Assembly (NCBI GenBank): GCA_963727305.1
Contig: CAVSFM010000004.1
Location: forward strand, 6,385-70,384
Length of the DNA stretch: 64,000 bases
From: an uncultured Pseudomonadota bacterium
GTDB lineage: Bacteria > Pseudomonadota > Gammaproteobacteria > Steroidobacterales > Steroidobacteraceae
Reading direction: 5' to 3'
Within the stretch, counting starts at the first letter, position 1, and every line of letters begins with the position of its first letter. Positions 41,402 to 50,209 of the stretch are shown piece after piece. Below the pieces are notes generated by a model, which saw only the letters and a program-made list of their open reading frames with translations, was not told the origin of the DNA and did no database searches. A program made the position numbers and the translations under genes.

Positions 41402-43219
41402 GTGCGGCACGCTGGCAGAGCAACACTGTGCGCGGCGTCTGCTGCGCTGCTGCACGCGGGACTGGCTCTGGGCGCCGGGACCCTCCCGGGCGTGGCGCAG
41501 GCCCCCGCCGATGCGCTGTACCTCAACGGTTACATCTACACGGTCGATGCACACGATCGCGTGGCCGAGGCACTCGCGGTGCGTGACGGACGCATCCTCT
41601 ACGTCGGCACGAGCGCCGCTGCGCGCGCGCTCGCCGGGCCCTCGACGCACACCATCGAGCTGAACGGCCGCATGCTGATGCCGGGACTCGTGGACGGGCA
41701 CATGCACCCGCTCGAAGGCGGCACGGTGCTCATGAAATGCAACCTCAACTATGAGCGCCTCACGGTTGCGCAGATGCAGGCCCGCATCCAGGCGTGCCTG
41801 GATGCCACGCGGGCCGGTGAGCCGGATCGGTGGCTCGAGGTCACGAGCTGGTTCCGCGAAGCGATGCTGCCGAGCGGGGTACCGGTGACGCGTGCGACGC
41901 TCGATGCGCTCAAGACCCACCGCCCGATCTACGTCATGTCCTCCTTCGGTCACACGGCGCTGGTCAACACGCGCGCGCTCAAGCTCGCCGGGATCGACGC
42001 CGCCACTGCCGATCCCCTCGGCGGCCGCATCGACCACGAGGCTTCTCATGCGCCTTCCGGGATCCTCGAGGACACCGCCTCCGACCTCGTGAGCACGCAC
42101 ATCCCCAAGCCCACCGCTGCCCAGAACGCGAAGGCGGCGCGCGCCGCACTGGCGGCGATGCGCGCCCAGGGAATCACCAGCTTCCTCGACGCCGACACGT
42201 TTCCGCAGTCCCTCGCCGCCTTCGCCGCCGCCGAGCGTGCCGGCGCCTTAAGCGCCCGCGCTCACTTCGCGCTGCATATCGGTCCTGAGGAGGCCGCCGA
42301 TCCCAGAGCGGCCATTGCCCGTGTGCGCCGGCTCGCACAGCGCTACGACCAGGGCAAGGCGCAGCCGACGCCCACTCTGGCGGTGCACAACATCAAGCTC
42401 TACATGGATGGAATCATTACCGCCCCGGCGCTCACCGGGGCGATGCTGGAACCGTACTTCGTGAACAGCGGCACCGAGGCGCAGCCGGCGTGGCGGCCGG
42501 GCGAGGATCGCGGGCCGGCCGTGTACTTCCCGCCGCCCGCCCTGGCGGCGATGCTGATCGAGGGGGCGCGCGCGCACCTCGAGCCGCACATGCATGCCGA
42601 CGGCGATCGCGCCGTGCGCGCGGCGCTGGATGGGATCGCGGCGCTGCGGCGCGAATTCCCGGGCAGCGCCATCCGCGCCGCGATCGCGCACGATGAGATC
42701 GTCAGTCCCGCGGACTTCCCGCGATTCGGTGAACTCGAGGCGATCCCGGTGCTCTCGTTCCAGTGGGAGAAGCGCGCGCCGGATACCGTAGAGGGCGAGC
42801 TCGGCTATCTCGGACCGGAACGCTACCGCTATATCGAGCCGGCGGGTTATCTCGCCCGGGCCGGCGCGCTGATCGCTTACGGGAGCGACTGGCCGATCGA
42901 TCCTCTGAACGAGTGGTTCGCGCTGAAGGTGGCCGTGACCCGCGAGAATGACCCGGCGGCGGGCGCGGCGTACGCGGGCCGGCTGGGGACGGATCCGGGT
43001 CTCACGGTGGCGCAGGCCGTGCGCGCCATCACCGCCAGCGCCGCCTACGAACTGCACGCCGAGACGGAAGTGGGCTCCCTCGAAGCCGGCAAGCTCGCCG
43101 ACTTCATCGTGCTCGATCGCAACATCCTGCAGGTGCCGCCGGCACAGATTGCGGACGTGAAGGTGCTGCTCACGGTGGTCGGCGGACGTGCCGTTTACGA
43201 GGCGCCGGCGTCGAACTGA
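41402..43219 (+). CDS. Exported amidohydrolase-family metallo-hydrolase (YtcJ/Amidohydro_3-like)
   Basis: 605 aa. Signal peptide, then LYLNGYIYTVDAHDRVAEALAVRDGRILYVG...LMPGLVDGHMHPLEGG (HxH metal site), HMHADGDRAV, and C-terminal GSDWPIDPLNEW...GSLEAGKLADFIVLDRN. Confidence 0.85.
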   Translation: MRHAGRATLCAASAALLHAGLALGAGTLPGVAQAPADALYLNGYIYTVDAHDRVAEALAVRDGRILYVGTSAAARALAGPSTHTIELNGRMLMPGLVDGHMHPLEGGTVLMKCNLNYERLTVAQMQARIQACLDATRAGEPDRWLEVTSWFREAMLPSGVPVTRATLDALKTHRPIYVMSSFGHTALVNTRALKLAGIDAATADPLGGRIDHEASHAPSGILEDTASDLVSTHIPKPTAAQNAKAARAALAAMRAQGITSFLDADTFPQSLAAFAAAERAGALSARAHFALHIGPEEAADPRAAIARVRRLAQRYDQGKAQPTPTLAVHNIKLYMDGIITAPALTGAMLEPYFVNSGTEAQPAWRPGEDRGPAVYFPPPALAAMLIEGARAHLEPHMHADGDRAVRAALDGIAALRREFPGSAIRAAIAHDEIVSPADFPRFGELEAIPVLSFQWEKRAPDTVEGELGYLGPERYRYIEPAGYLARAGALIAYGSDWPIDPLNEWFALKVAVTRENDPAAGAAYAGRLGTDPGLTVAQAVRAITASAAYELHAETEVGSLEAGKLADFIVLDRNILQVPPAQIADVKVLLTVVGGRAVYEAPASN

Positions 43220-43305
43220 TCCGGCCGGCGCGCGCCATGGCCGGGAAACCCCAGGCACCGCCGGGCGCACCTCAAGGTGCGGCCGGCGGCGCACTTGCGG
43301 GCCAG

Positions 43306-43890
43306 CTAGTGAGACGGATCCACGCTGATCGCCACGGCCTCGCTCAGTGCCACGTCGACCTGATCCCCGGATTTCAGTCCGGCGATGAACGTGCGTCCCT
43401 CGCTGGAGTGCACGGCCGCGGTGTCCACGGTGCCGTCCTGGCGCATGAACGTGACGGTGTTTTCGTCCTTGTCGACGCTCTGGATCGTCACGGTTTCCAC
43501 CACGGTGGTATCCATGCTGGCGGCAGGACGCTCACCCGGCAGAGACCGGGAGGCGCCCAGGGCCATCGTCTGCGGGATCGGCGCTGCGCCCTTCGGGGTC
43601 AGCTGCGCCGCGATTGCCGTGTAGTAGGTCACCGTCACCGTGTCGCCTACCTTGATCTGGCTGAAGTTGCGCACATCAGGACCGGCGCGCAGCCAGGTGG
43701 ACCCCTGGGCGGTATGCAGCTTGAGGAGGCGGGTCACCGGCTCGGCGACTTCCACCGTCGCGGTCGCATGGCGCGTAACGTCGTGGTACATCGGCTGCGG
43801 CGGCGGCGGGGGCGAATGGGCACAGGCGGCGAGATACAGCGCAGCGAACGCTGCGAGAAAGAACCGCCCTGAGGGCTGATAACAATGCAT
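43306..43890 (-). CDS. Hypothetical lipoprotein
   Basis: 194 aa. Lipobox-like LYLAACA, poly-Pro, then beta-rich sequence. No recognisable family. Confidence 0.5.
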   Translation of the reverse strand: MHCYQPSGRFFLAAFAALYLAACAHSPPPPPQPMYHDVTRHATATVEVAEPVTRLLKLHTAQGSTWLRAGPDVRNFSQIKVGDTVTVTYYTAIAAQLTPKGAAPIPQTMALGASRSLPGERPAASMDTTVVETVTIQSVDKDENTVTFMRQDGTVDTAAVHSSEGRTFIAGLKSGDQVDVALSEAVAISVDPSH

Positions 43891-44405
43891 GCGGAAACTC
43901 CATGTCGCGGCGGCTCGGAAGGAGCTGCCTGCCCGAATAGTCTAGCGGGTCTGGAGGGCACGGGTACGGGCAGTGGGACCAAGGTCCACTGGCGCCTGCG
44001 AGGACCATCAAGCAGGGTCAACCTGCGGAACACCGCCACACGGTGCACAGTGACCTGCGATGGGTCATCGGCGGACAATTCGTGGCGGAGATTTTTTCTA
44101 GACTGCCGTTGGCGTCCGAAGAGCGCTGCAGGAATCCGGCAGACACGCTCCGACAACAACCGAACCGAACGCCTATCTGAGGAATCATTTCCAAATTCAT
44201 CGGCCAATGGCTGCAGAGCTGCAGGGAATTCCCGCCGCGCCAGAAGCCGGGAAGCTTCAACCTCGACCGCGTCATGGAAGAAGTGACACGCGGAGCTGGC
44301 GAGTGACGCTTGGGCACGCGGTGTGCCGCGCAGGGTGTCCCGCGTGCGCCACGGCGAAGCTGCCGGTTGTGTTACTTTTGCGGCACTGAAAGCCAGGAGC
44401 GAGCC

Positions 44406-46268
44406 ATGAAGCGTGTGTTGCCCCTACTGATCGCCCTGACGCTGGTCGCCGCGTGCGCACGACAGACCCCGCCCGCCGCCCAAAGCGCCGCTCCGGCAGC
44501 CCCCGCCACGGTTGCTCCGAGCCTGCCGCCCCCGAATCCGCTGCGCAACGCCTACTTCGGGGATCTGCACCTGCACAGCAGCTACTCGATGGATGCGTTC
44601 GCGATGAGCACGCGAACCACCCCGGAAGATGCCTTCCGCTACGCCAGGGGCGAGAGCGTCGAGTACTTCGGTCAGCCGCAGAAACGCATGGCGCCGCTCG
44701 ATTTTCTGGCGCTGACCGATCACGCCGAGTACCTGGGTGTCGTGCGGCAGACGATCGATCCGAACGGTCCGTATGCCCATACGGAATGGTTCACCATGAT
44801 GACCAGCAAGGACCCGAAGGTCTCGGCGGAGGCCTTCAAGAAGCTGATCGGGTCGACCATCGTGAATAAGCCGATGCCCGAGTTCTCCGACCCTGCGACG
44901 CTGCATACGGCGTGGGCCCAGTACGCCGCGGTCGCCGAGAAATACAACGAACCGGGCAAGTTCACCGCCTTTGTCGGCTTCGAGTGGACGTCGGCTCCGG
45001 AATTCCAGAACCTGCATCGCTGCGTCATTTTCGCCGACAGCGGCCCGGACATGCCCTACACGTCCTTTGACTCGCAGAACCCGGAGGACCTGTGGCGTTA
45101 CCTGCAGACGCAGCGGCAGGCAGGGCACGAGGTGATTGCGGTGCCCCATAACAGCAACGCGAGCAATGGGCTGATGTTCAACGTCAAGGACATGTCGGGC
45201 CGGCCCCTCACGCGCGATTACGCCGAGCGGCGCATGGCCAACGAGCCGCTGGTGGAAATCATTCAGGGCAAGGGCCAGAGCGACACGAGCCCGGAGCTCT
45301 CGCCCAATGACGAGTTCGCGCGCTTCGAGATGTGGAAGTACCTGATCGGGACCAGTACGCCCATGAAGTCGGCCACCGGCAGCTACATCCGTCAGGCCTA
45401 TGGGGTCGGACAGGCGCTCCAGGAGAAGCTGGGCGTCAATCCGTTCAAGTACGGCATCGAGGCGGGGACTGACTTTCATTCCGGCCTGTCCTCCACGGAG
45501 GCCAGCAACTACCCCGGCTCGCACGGCAATCAGGACAGCGATCCCAGTCTGGCGAAGAAGGTCATCACGGATACGACCTCCATCGGCGGCGAGCCCCCGA
45601 CATCACTGGGCTCGGGCGGTCTGACCGGGGTATGGGCCGAGGAAAACACCCGCGCCGCGCTGTTTGCGGCCATGAAACGCAAGGAGACCTTTGGCACCTC
45701 GGGCGTGCGCATCAAGGTGCGGATGTTCGCCGGCTGGGACTACCCACAGGATCTGACCAAGAACGCCGACTGGGTCAAGACGGCGTACGCGCAGGGCGTG
45801 CCCATGGGTGGGGACCTGCCGCCGCATGCGGGCGCCGCGCGTCCGACCTTCGTGGTCGCAGCCATCAAGGACCCCAACAGCGGCAATCTCGACCGCATCC
45901 AGATCATCAAGGTCTGGACCAAGCACGGCGTCAGCCACGAACAGGTCTTCGACGTGGTCTGGAGCGGAGACCGCAAGCCCGATCCGAAGTCCGGCAAGGT
46001 GCCACCGGTGGGCAGCACGGTCGACGTGAAAACGGCGACCTATACCAACTCGATCGGCAGCCCGGAACTGAGCGGTCAGTGGGTGGACACGAGCTTCGAC
46101 CCTGCCGCGCATGCGACCTACTACGCACGCGTGCTCGAGATCCCGACGCCGCGCTGGTCGACGTACTGGGCGGCGAAGCTGCAGGTGGCTCCGAATCGCG
46201 AGCAGCCGACGACGGTGCAGCAGCGCGCCTGGACTTCGCCGATCTGGTTCACCCCCGCAGCGCCCTAG
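44406..46268 (+). CDS. DUF3604-family lipoprotein (PHP-like metal-dependent hydrolase fold suspected)
   Basis: ATG at 44406 preceded by AGGAGC. Lipobox LTLVAAC. AYFGDLHLHSSYSMDAF (HxH), LALTDHAEYLG, FVGFEWTS, AVPHNSNASNG, AGTDFHSG and the C-terminal ARVLEIPTPRWSTY...TSPIWFTP together match my memory of DUF3604 proteins. Confidence 0.8.
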   Translation: MKRVLPLLIALTLVAACARQTPPAAQSAAPAAPATVAPSLPPPNPLRNAYFGDLHLHSSYSMDAFAMSTRTTPEDAFRYARGESVEYFGQPQKRMAPLDFLALTDHAEYLGVVRQTIDPNGPYAHTEWFTMMTSKDPKVSAEAFKKLIGSTIVNKPMPEFSDPATLHTAWAQYAAVAEKYNEPGKFTAFVGFEWTSAPEFQNLHRCVIFADSGPDMPYTSFDSQNPEDLWRYLQTQRQAGHEVIAVPHNSNASNGLMFNVKDMSGRPLTRDYAERRMANEPLVEIIQGKGQSDTSPELSPNDEFARFEMWKYLIGTSTPMKSATGSYIRQAYGVGQALQEKLGVNPFKYGIEAGTDFHSGLSSTEASNYPGSHGNQDSDPSLAKKVITDTTSIGGEPPTSLGSGGLTGVWAEENTRAALFAAMKRKETFGTSGVRIKVRMFAGWDYPQDLTKNADWVKTAYAQGVPMGGDLPPHAGAARPTFVVAAIKDPNSGNLDRIQIIKVWTKHGVSHEQVFDVVWSGDRKPDPKSGKVPPVGSTVDVKTATYTNSIGSPELSGQWVDTSFDPAAHATYYARVLEIPTPRWSTYWAAKLQVAPNREQPTTVQQRAWTSPIWFTPAAP

Positions 46269-46323
46269 GCTGGCGCCTTCTCGTCCCGGTTGTGCGCGAC
46301 GGGTCGGGGGCTGGGGAGAAGCG

Positions 46324-48227
46324 ATGATGAAATGGAGTTCGATGGTCGCCACGGCGAGTGGCGCGCTGATGCTGTTGGCGGGCTGCTCCCGGTCACCCGC
46401 ACCGCCAGCCCCCGTGGCGGCGCCGCCCGCGGCCGCATCGCCATGGCCCGGTACCGACGCCCTTCCCCGAGCGCGTCTTCTGGGGCGATGAACACGTCCA
46501 CACCGGCTGGTCCGCGGATGCCGGACTTGCCGGGACGACGCTCTCGCCCGAGGACGCCGTACGCTTCGTGCGCGGTGAGACCGTCAAGTCAAACACCGGC
46601 CAGGACGCCAAGCTCGAGGTACCCCTCGACTGGGTGGCCGTAACCGATCACAGCGATGGCATGGGCACCATCAGCGAGCTGCAGGCGGGGAACCCCGAGT
46701 TCATGTCCGACCCGAGAGCGCGCGAATGGGCAGAAGGCATGAAGAAGGGTGGCGTGGCGGCCCACGACGCCGCGATGGCGGCGGTCTCGGCGCAGTCGAA
46801 TAAGAACCTGCCCAAGGTCTTCATGGATCCGAAGTGGATGGCGTCGGCGTGGATGAAGACCATCGACATCATGGAGAAGTACAACGAGCCCGGAAAATTC
46901 ACCGCGTTCATCGCCTATGAATGGACCTCGAACGCGGGCGGGGGCAACAACCTGCACCGCAATGTCCTCTTCCGTGACAACGGCGACAAGGCCCGGCAGG
47001 TACTGCCCCTGACGACCTTCCAGACCGAGGACCCGGCCGGACTCTGGGAATGGATGGCGGCCTACGAGGCCAAGACCGGCGGCAAGCTGCTGGCGATCCC
47101 GCACAACGGCAATCTCTCGAACGGTCGCATGTTCGAGGAGCGCCAGTTCGACGGCAAGGCCATGACGCGTGAATGGGCCGAAACGCGCGCCCGCTGGGAG
47201 CCGCTGTTCGAGTACTACCAGTACAAGGGCTCAAGCGAGGCGCACCCGTCACTGTCAACGACCGACGAGTTCGCCAATTTCGAGCTGTGGGACACCGGCA
47301 ACCTCGATGGCGTCGGCAAGAAGCCTGGCATGATTGCGCACGAATAGCCCGCGAGGCGCTCAAGAACGGCATCAAGATCGAAGCGCGGCTCGGCGCCAAT
47401 CCATTCAAGTTCGGCGCCGCGGCCGGCACCGACACGCATACCGGGCTGAGCGCCCCGGTGGAGAACAATTTCTGGGGCAAGTTTCCGGCCTCGGAACCCT
47501 CCGCGCACCGCTGGAATGGCGTCTACAAGAATGAAAAGAGCGGCTACCTGCGGCGCGAGTGGACACAGTCCGCCATGGGATACACCGGGGTGTGGGCGAC
47601 GGCCAATACCCGTGAGGCCATCTGGGACGCTATGAAGCGCAAGGAGACGTACGCTTCCACCGGCCCGCGCATCACGGTGCGCTTCTTTGGCGGATATGAC
47701 TTCAGCGACGCGGACGCCAAGGCCGACACGCTCGCTGCGACCGGCTACGCCCGGGGCGTGCCGATGGGGGGCGACCTCAAGGCGCCGCCACCGGCCAGGC
47801 GCCGACCTTTCTGATCGCCGCCCTCAAAGACCCGAGCGGCGCGAACCTTGACCGTGCCCAGGTCGTGAAGGGCTGGGTCGATGCGGCCGGCACGACGCAT
47901 GAAGCGATCTACGATGTGCTCTGGAGCGATCCGGCGACACGCCGGCCGGTGCGGGGCAAGCTGCCGCCGGTGGGAGACACTGTGGACCTCGCGACCGCAA
48001 CTTATACGAACAGCATCGGCGCCGGCGAGCTGACCGGCTCCTTGAAGGAGCCGTCCTTCGATCCGGGGCAGCGTGCGTTCGACTACCTGCGGGTACTGGA
48101 GATCCCGGCGCCGCGCTGGACGGCGTATGATGCGGCCAAGTACAAAATCAAGATGACGCCGGACGTGCGCATGAAGCACCAGGAACGTGCCGTGACGTCA
48201 CCGATCTGGTACACACCAACCACCTAA
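46324..48227 (+). pseudogene. Second DUF3604-family lipoprotein, tandem paralogue, reading frame broken three times (about 46445, 47345, 47783)
   Basis: Four pieces in different frames. (1) MMKWSSMVATASGALMLLAGCS (lipobox). (2) ...RVFWGDEHVHTGWSADAG...IAYEWTS...IPHNGNLSNG...GMIAHE(stop). (3) AREALKNGIKIEARLGANPFKFGAAAGTDTHTG...GVPMGGDL. (4) ...FLIAALKDPSGANLDRAQVVKGWVD...LRVLEIPAPRWTAY...TSPIWYTP. The pieces are collinear with the upstream paralogue. Confidence 0.75.
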
Positions 48228-48300
48228 AGGGTTCCAGTCACTGAGTTTGCAGCGCGGGGCATAGCGCCTCGGTCTGCGAGCTCCTTCATGAGGTATTGGC

Positions 48301-49152
48301 TTGCGCATAAAGCAGCTGTTTCGTGAGCCGCTCCTGCACTTTCTGCTGATCGGCGTCGTTCTGTTTGCAGTCTTCGGCAAGCTCGCCGGTCCGGACAGGA
48401 CCGGCAGGCACATCGTCGTAAGCCAGGCGATGGTCGAGCAGATGGCACAGGAATTCCAGGCACGCTGGATGCGACCGCCGAGCGATCAGGAGTTGTCCGG
48501 CCTGATCGATTCCTACGTGCAGGACGAGATCCTGTACCGCCACGGCCTCTCGCTCGGTCTCGATCGCGATGACCCCGTGATCAAGCGGCGCGTGCGCCAG
48601 AAGCTCGAGCTCATGTCCGAGGAACAGAACGCGCAGGCCGCGCCAACCGATGCCGACCTGGCGGCTTACCTGCAGAAGAATCCCGCCCAGTTCCTGCGCC
48701 CGGCCACGGTCAGCTTCGAGCAGATTTTCCTCGACGCTCCCGGCGAGCAGGCGGATGTTGAGCGCGCCGTGGCTGCGACCCGCGCCGCCCTGGCACGCGG
48801 AACGGATCCGAGCAAGCTCGGCCGGGCCTCGATGCTGCCCGCCCGCGTCGCCGACGCTTCGCAGGATGAGGTGGCACGCGACTTCGGCGCCGCCTTCGCG
48901 ACGACGCTCACGAAGCTGCCGATCGATGAGTGGAGCGGGCCTGTGACCTCCGGCTTCGGGACCCACCTGGTGCGCGTGACGGCGCGAGCCGCGGCGGCGT
49001 TGCCACCGCTGAACGAGGTGCGTCCCCTGGTTGCGCGTGAGTGGGAGAATGCCCGGCGCACCCGCTCACGCGACGATGACTACCAGAAGCTGCGTCGCGA
49101 CTACGACGTCGTCATTGAAGCAAAACTTCCCGCTCCGGCCGCCGGACGCTAA
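48301..49152 (+). CDS. Membrane-anchored PpiC/parvulin-like peptidyl-prolyl isomerase family protein
   Basis: TTG start after GAGG. N-terminal TM (LLHFLLIGVVLFAVF), a chaperone-like helical region (LIDSYVQDEILYRHGLSLGLDRDDPVIKRRVRQKLE), and a C-terminal rotamase-like segment (WSGPVTSGFGTHLVRV). Confidence 0.65.
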   Translation: MRIKQLFREPLLHFLLIGVVLFAVFGKLAGPDRTGRHIVVSQAMVEQMAQEFQARWMRPPSDQELSGLIDSYVQDEILYRHGLSLGLDRDDPVIKRRVRQKLELMSEEQNAQAAPTDADLAAYLQKNPAQFLRPATVSFEQIFLDAPGEQADVERAVAATRAALARGTDPSKLGRASMLPARVADASQDEVARDFGAAFATTLTKLPIDEWSGPVTSGFGTHLVRVTARAAAALPPLNEVRPLVAREWENARRTRSRDDDYQKLRRDYDVVIEAKLPAPAAGR

Positions 49153-49162
49153 ATGGCGAGCG

Positions 49163-50155
49163 TTGCGCTGGCTGCTGCTTCTCACGCTGTGCGCGGCGCC
49201 GCTGTCCGCGCTGGCCGATGAATTCCGCCCCGCTTACCTGCAGCTGACCCAGCTCAGCGCCGATCGGTATGACGTGCTGTGGAAGCTGCCGGCGCTCGAT
49301 GAAGCGACCACGCTCAGGGTGCACCCGCAGTTTCCGGACGGCACGCGGGAGCTCACGCCGGTGCGGTCAAGTTACGCCGCAGGCACGGCGGTACAGCGCT
49401 GGCGCATCGAGGTCACGGGCGGCCTGGCTGGAAAGGCCATCGAATTCTCGGGCCTGCCCGCCACACGGCTCGACGTTCTGGTGCGCGTGCAGCGTGCCGA
49501 CGGCACGGTGCAGCTCGGTCGGGTACTGCGGCTGGAACCGCACTTCATGGTAACGGCAAGCCCCGGCTCCTTCGAGGTCGTACGGACTTACACGGTGCTC
49601 GGGATCGAGCACATCCTCACCGGATTCGACCACCTTCTCTTTGTCCTGGCCCTCGTGATTCTGGTGAAGGGACTGCGGCGCCTGATCGCCACCATCACGG
49701 CCTTCACGCTCGCCCACAGCCTGTCACTGGTCGCCGCCACCCTCGGCTGGGTCCATGTGCCGGGACCGCCGGTTGAGGCCTCCATCGCGCTTTCGATCGT
49801 CTTCGTGGCCGGCGAGATCATTCACACCAGGGACGGCCGCCCCGGGCTGACGCAACGCTATCCATGGGTCGTCGCCTTCACGTTCGGTCTGCTGCACGGG
49901 CTGGGGTTCGCCAGCGCCCTGGCGGAGGTCGGCCTGCCGCAACGGGCGATCCCGGTCGCCCTGTTCTTCTTTAACGTCGGCGTCGAGATCGGCCAGCTGC
50001 TGTTCATCGCCGCAGTCTTCACGGTTACCGCGGCAGCACGCCGGATCACGCGCCGCATCCGTGTTCCGCAACTACCCTGGCTCTGGAGGGTTCCGCCGTA
50101 CGCGATCGGCGGCATCGCGAGCTATTGGGTGCTCGAGAGAATTTCCGCGTTTTAG
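49163..50155 (+). CDS. HupE/UreJ-family membrane protein with an extra ~140-aa N-terminal periplasmic domain
   Basis: Frame of ORF 49031..50155, with a probable TTG start at 49163 (RWLLLLTLCAAPLSALA signal). The HupE signature is GIEHILTGFDHLLFVLAL, followed by five more TM helices (GLLHGLGFASAL, FNVGVEIGQLLF). Confidence 0.75.
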   Translation: MRWLLLLTLCAAPLSALADEFRPAYLQLTQLSADRYDVLWKLPALDEATTLRVHPQFPDGTRELTPVRSSYAAGTAVQRWRIEVTGGLAGKAIEFSGLPATRLDVLVRVQRADGTVQLGRVLRLEPHFMVTASPGSFEVVRTYTVLGIEHILTGFDHLLFVLALVILVKGLRRLIATITAFTLAHSLSLVAATLGWVHVPGPPVEASIALSIVFVAGEIIHTRDGRPGLTQRYPWVVAFTFGLLHGLGFASALAEVGLPQRAIPVALFFFNVGVEIGQLLFIAAVFTVTAAARRITRRIRVPQLPWLWRVPPYAIGGIASYWVLERISAF

Positions 50156-50209
50156 GGCAGTGACTCGTTTCTGCAGCGAAGCTGCCAGCGCTCGCCTAGG
50201 ATCTTGACG

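Noticed and set aside
43891-44405. Cobalamin or Ni/Co riboswitch upstream of the DUF3604/HupE cluster
   Set aside because: I looked for a B12-box-like core and other riboswitch signatures I know and found none by eye. The question is left open as a low-confidence finding rather than a feature.
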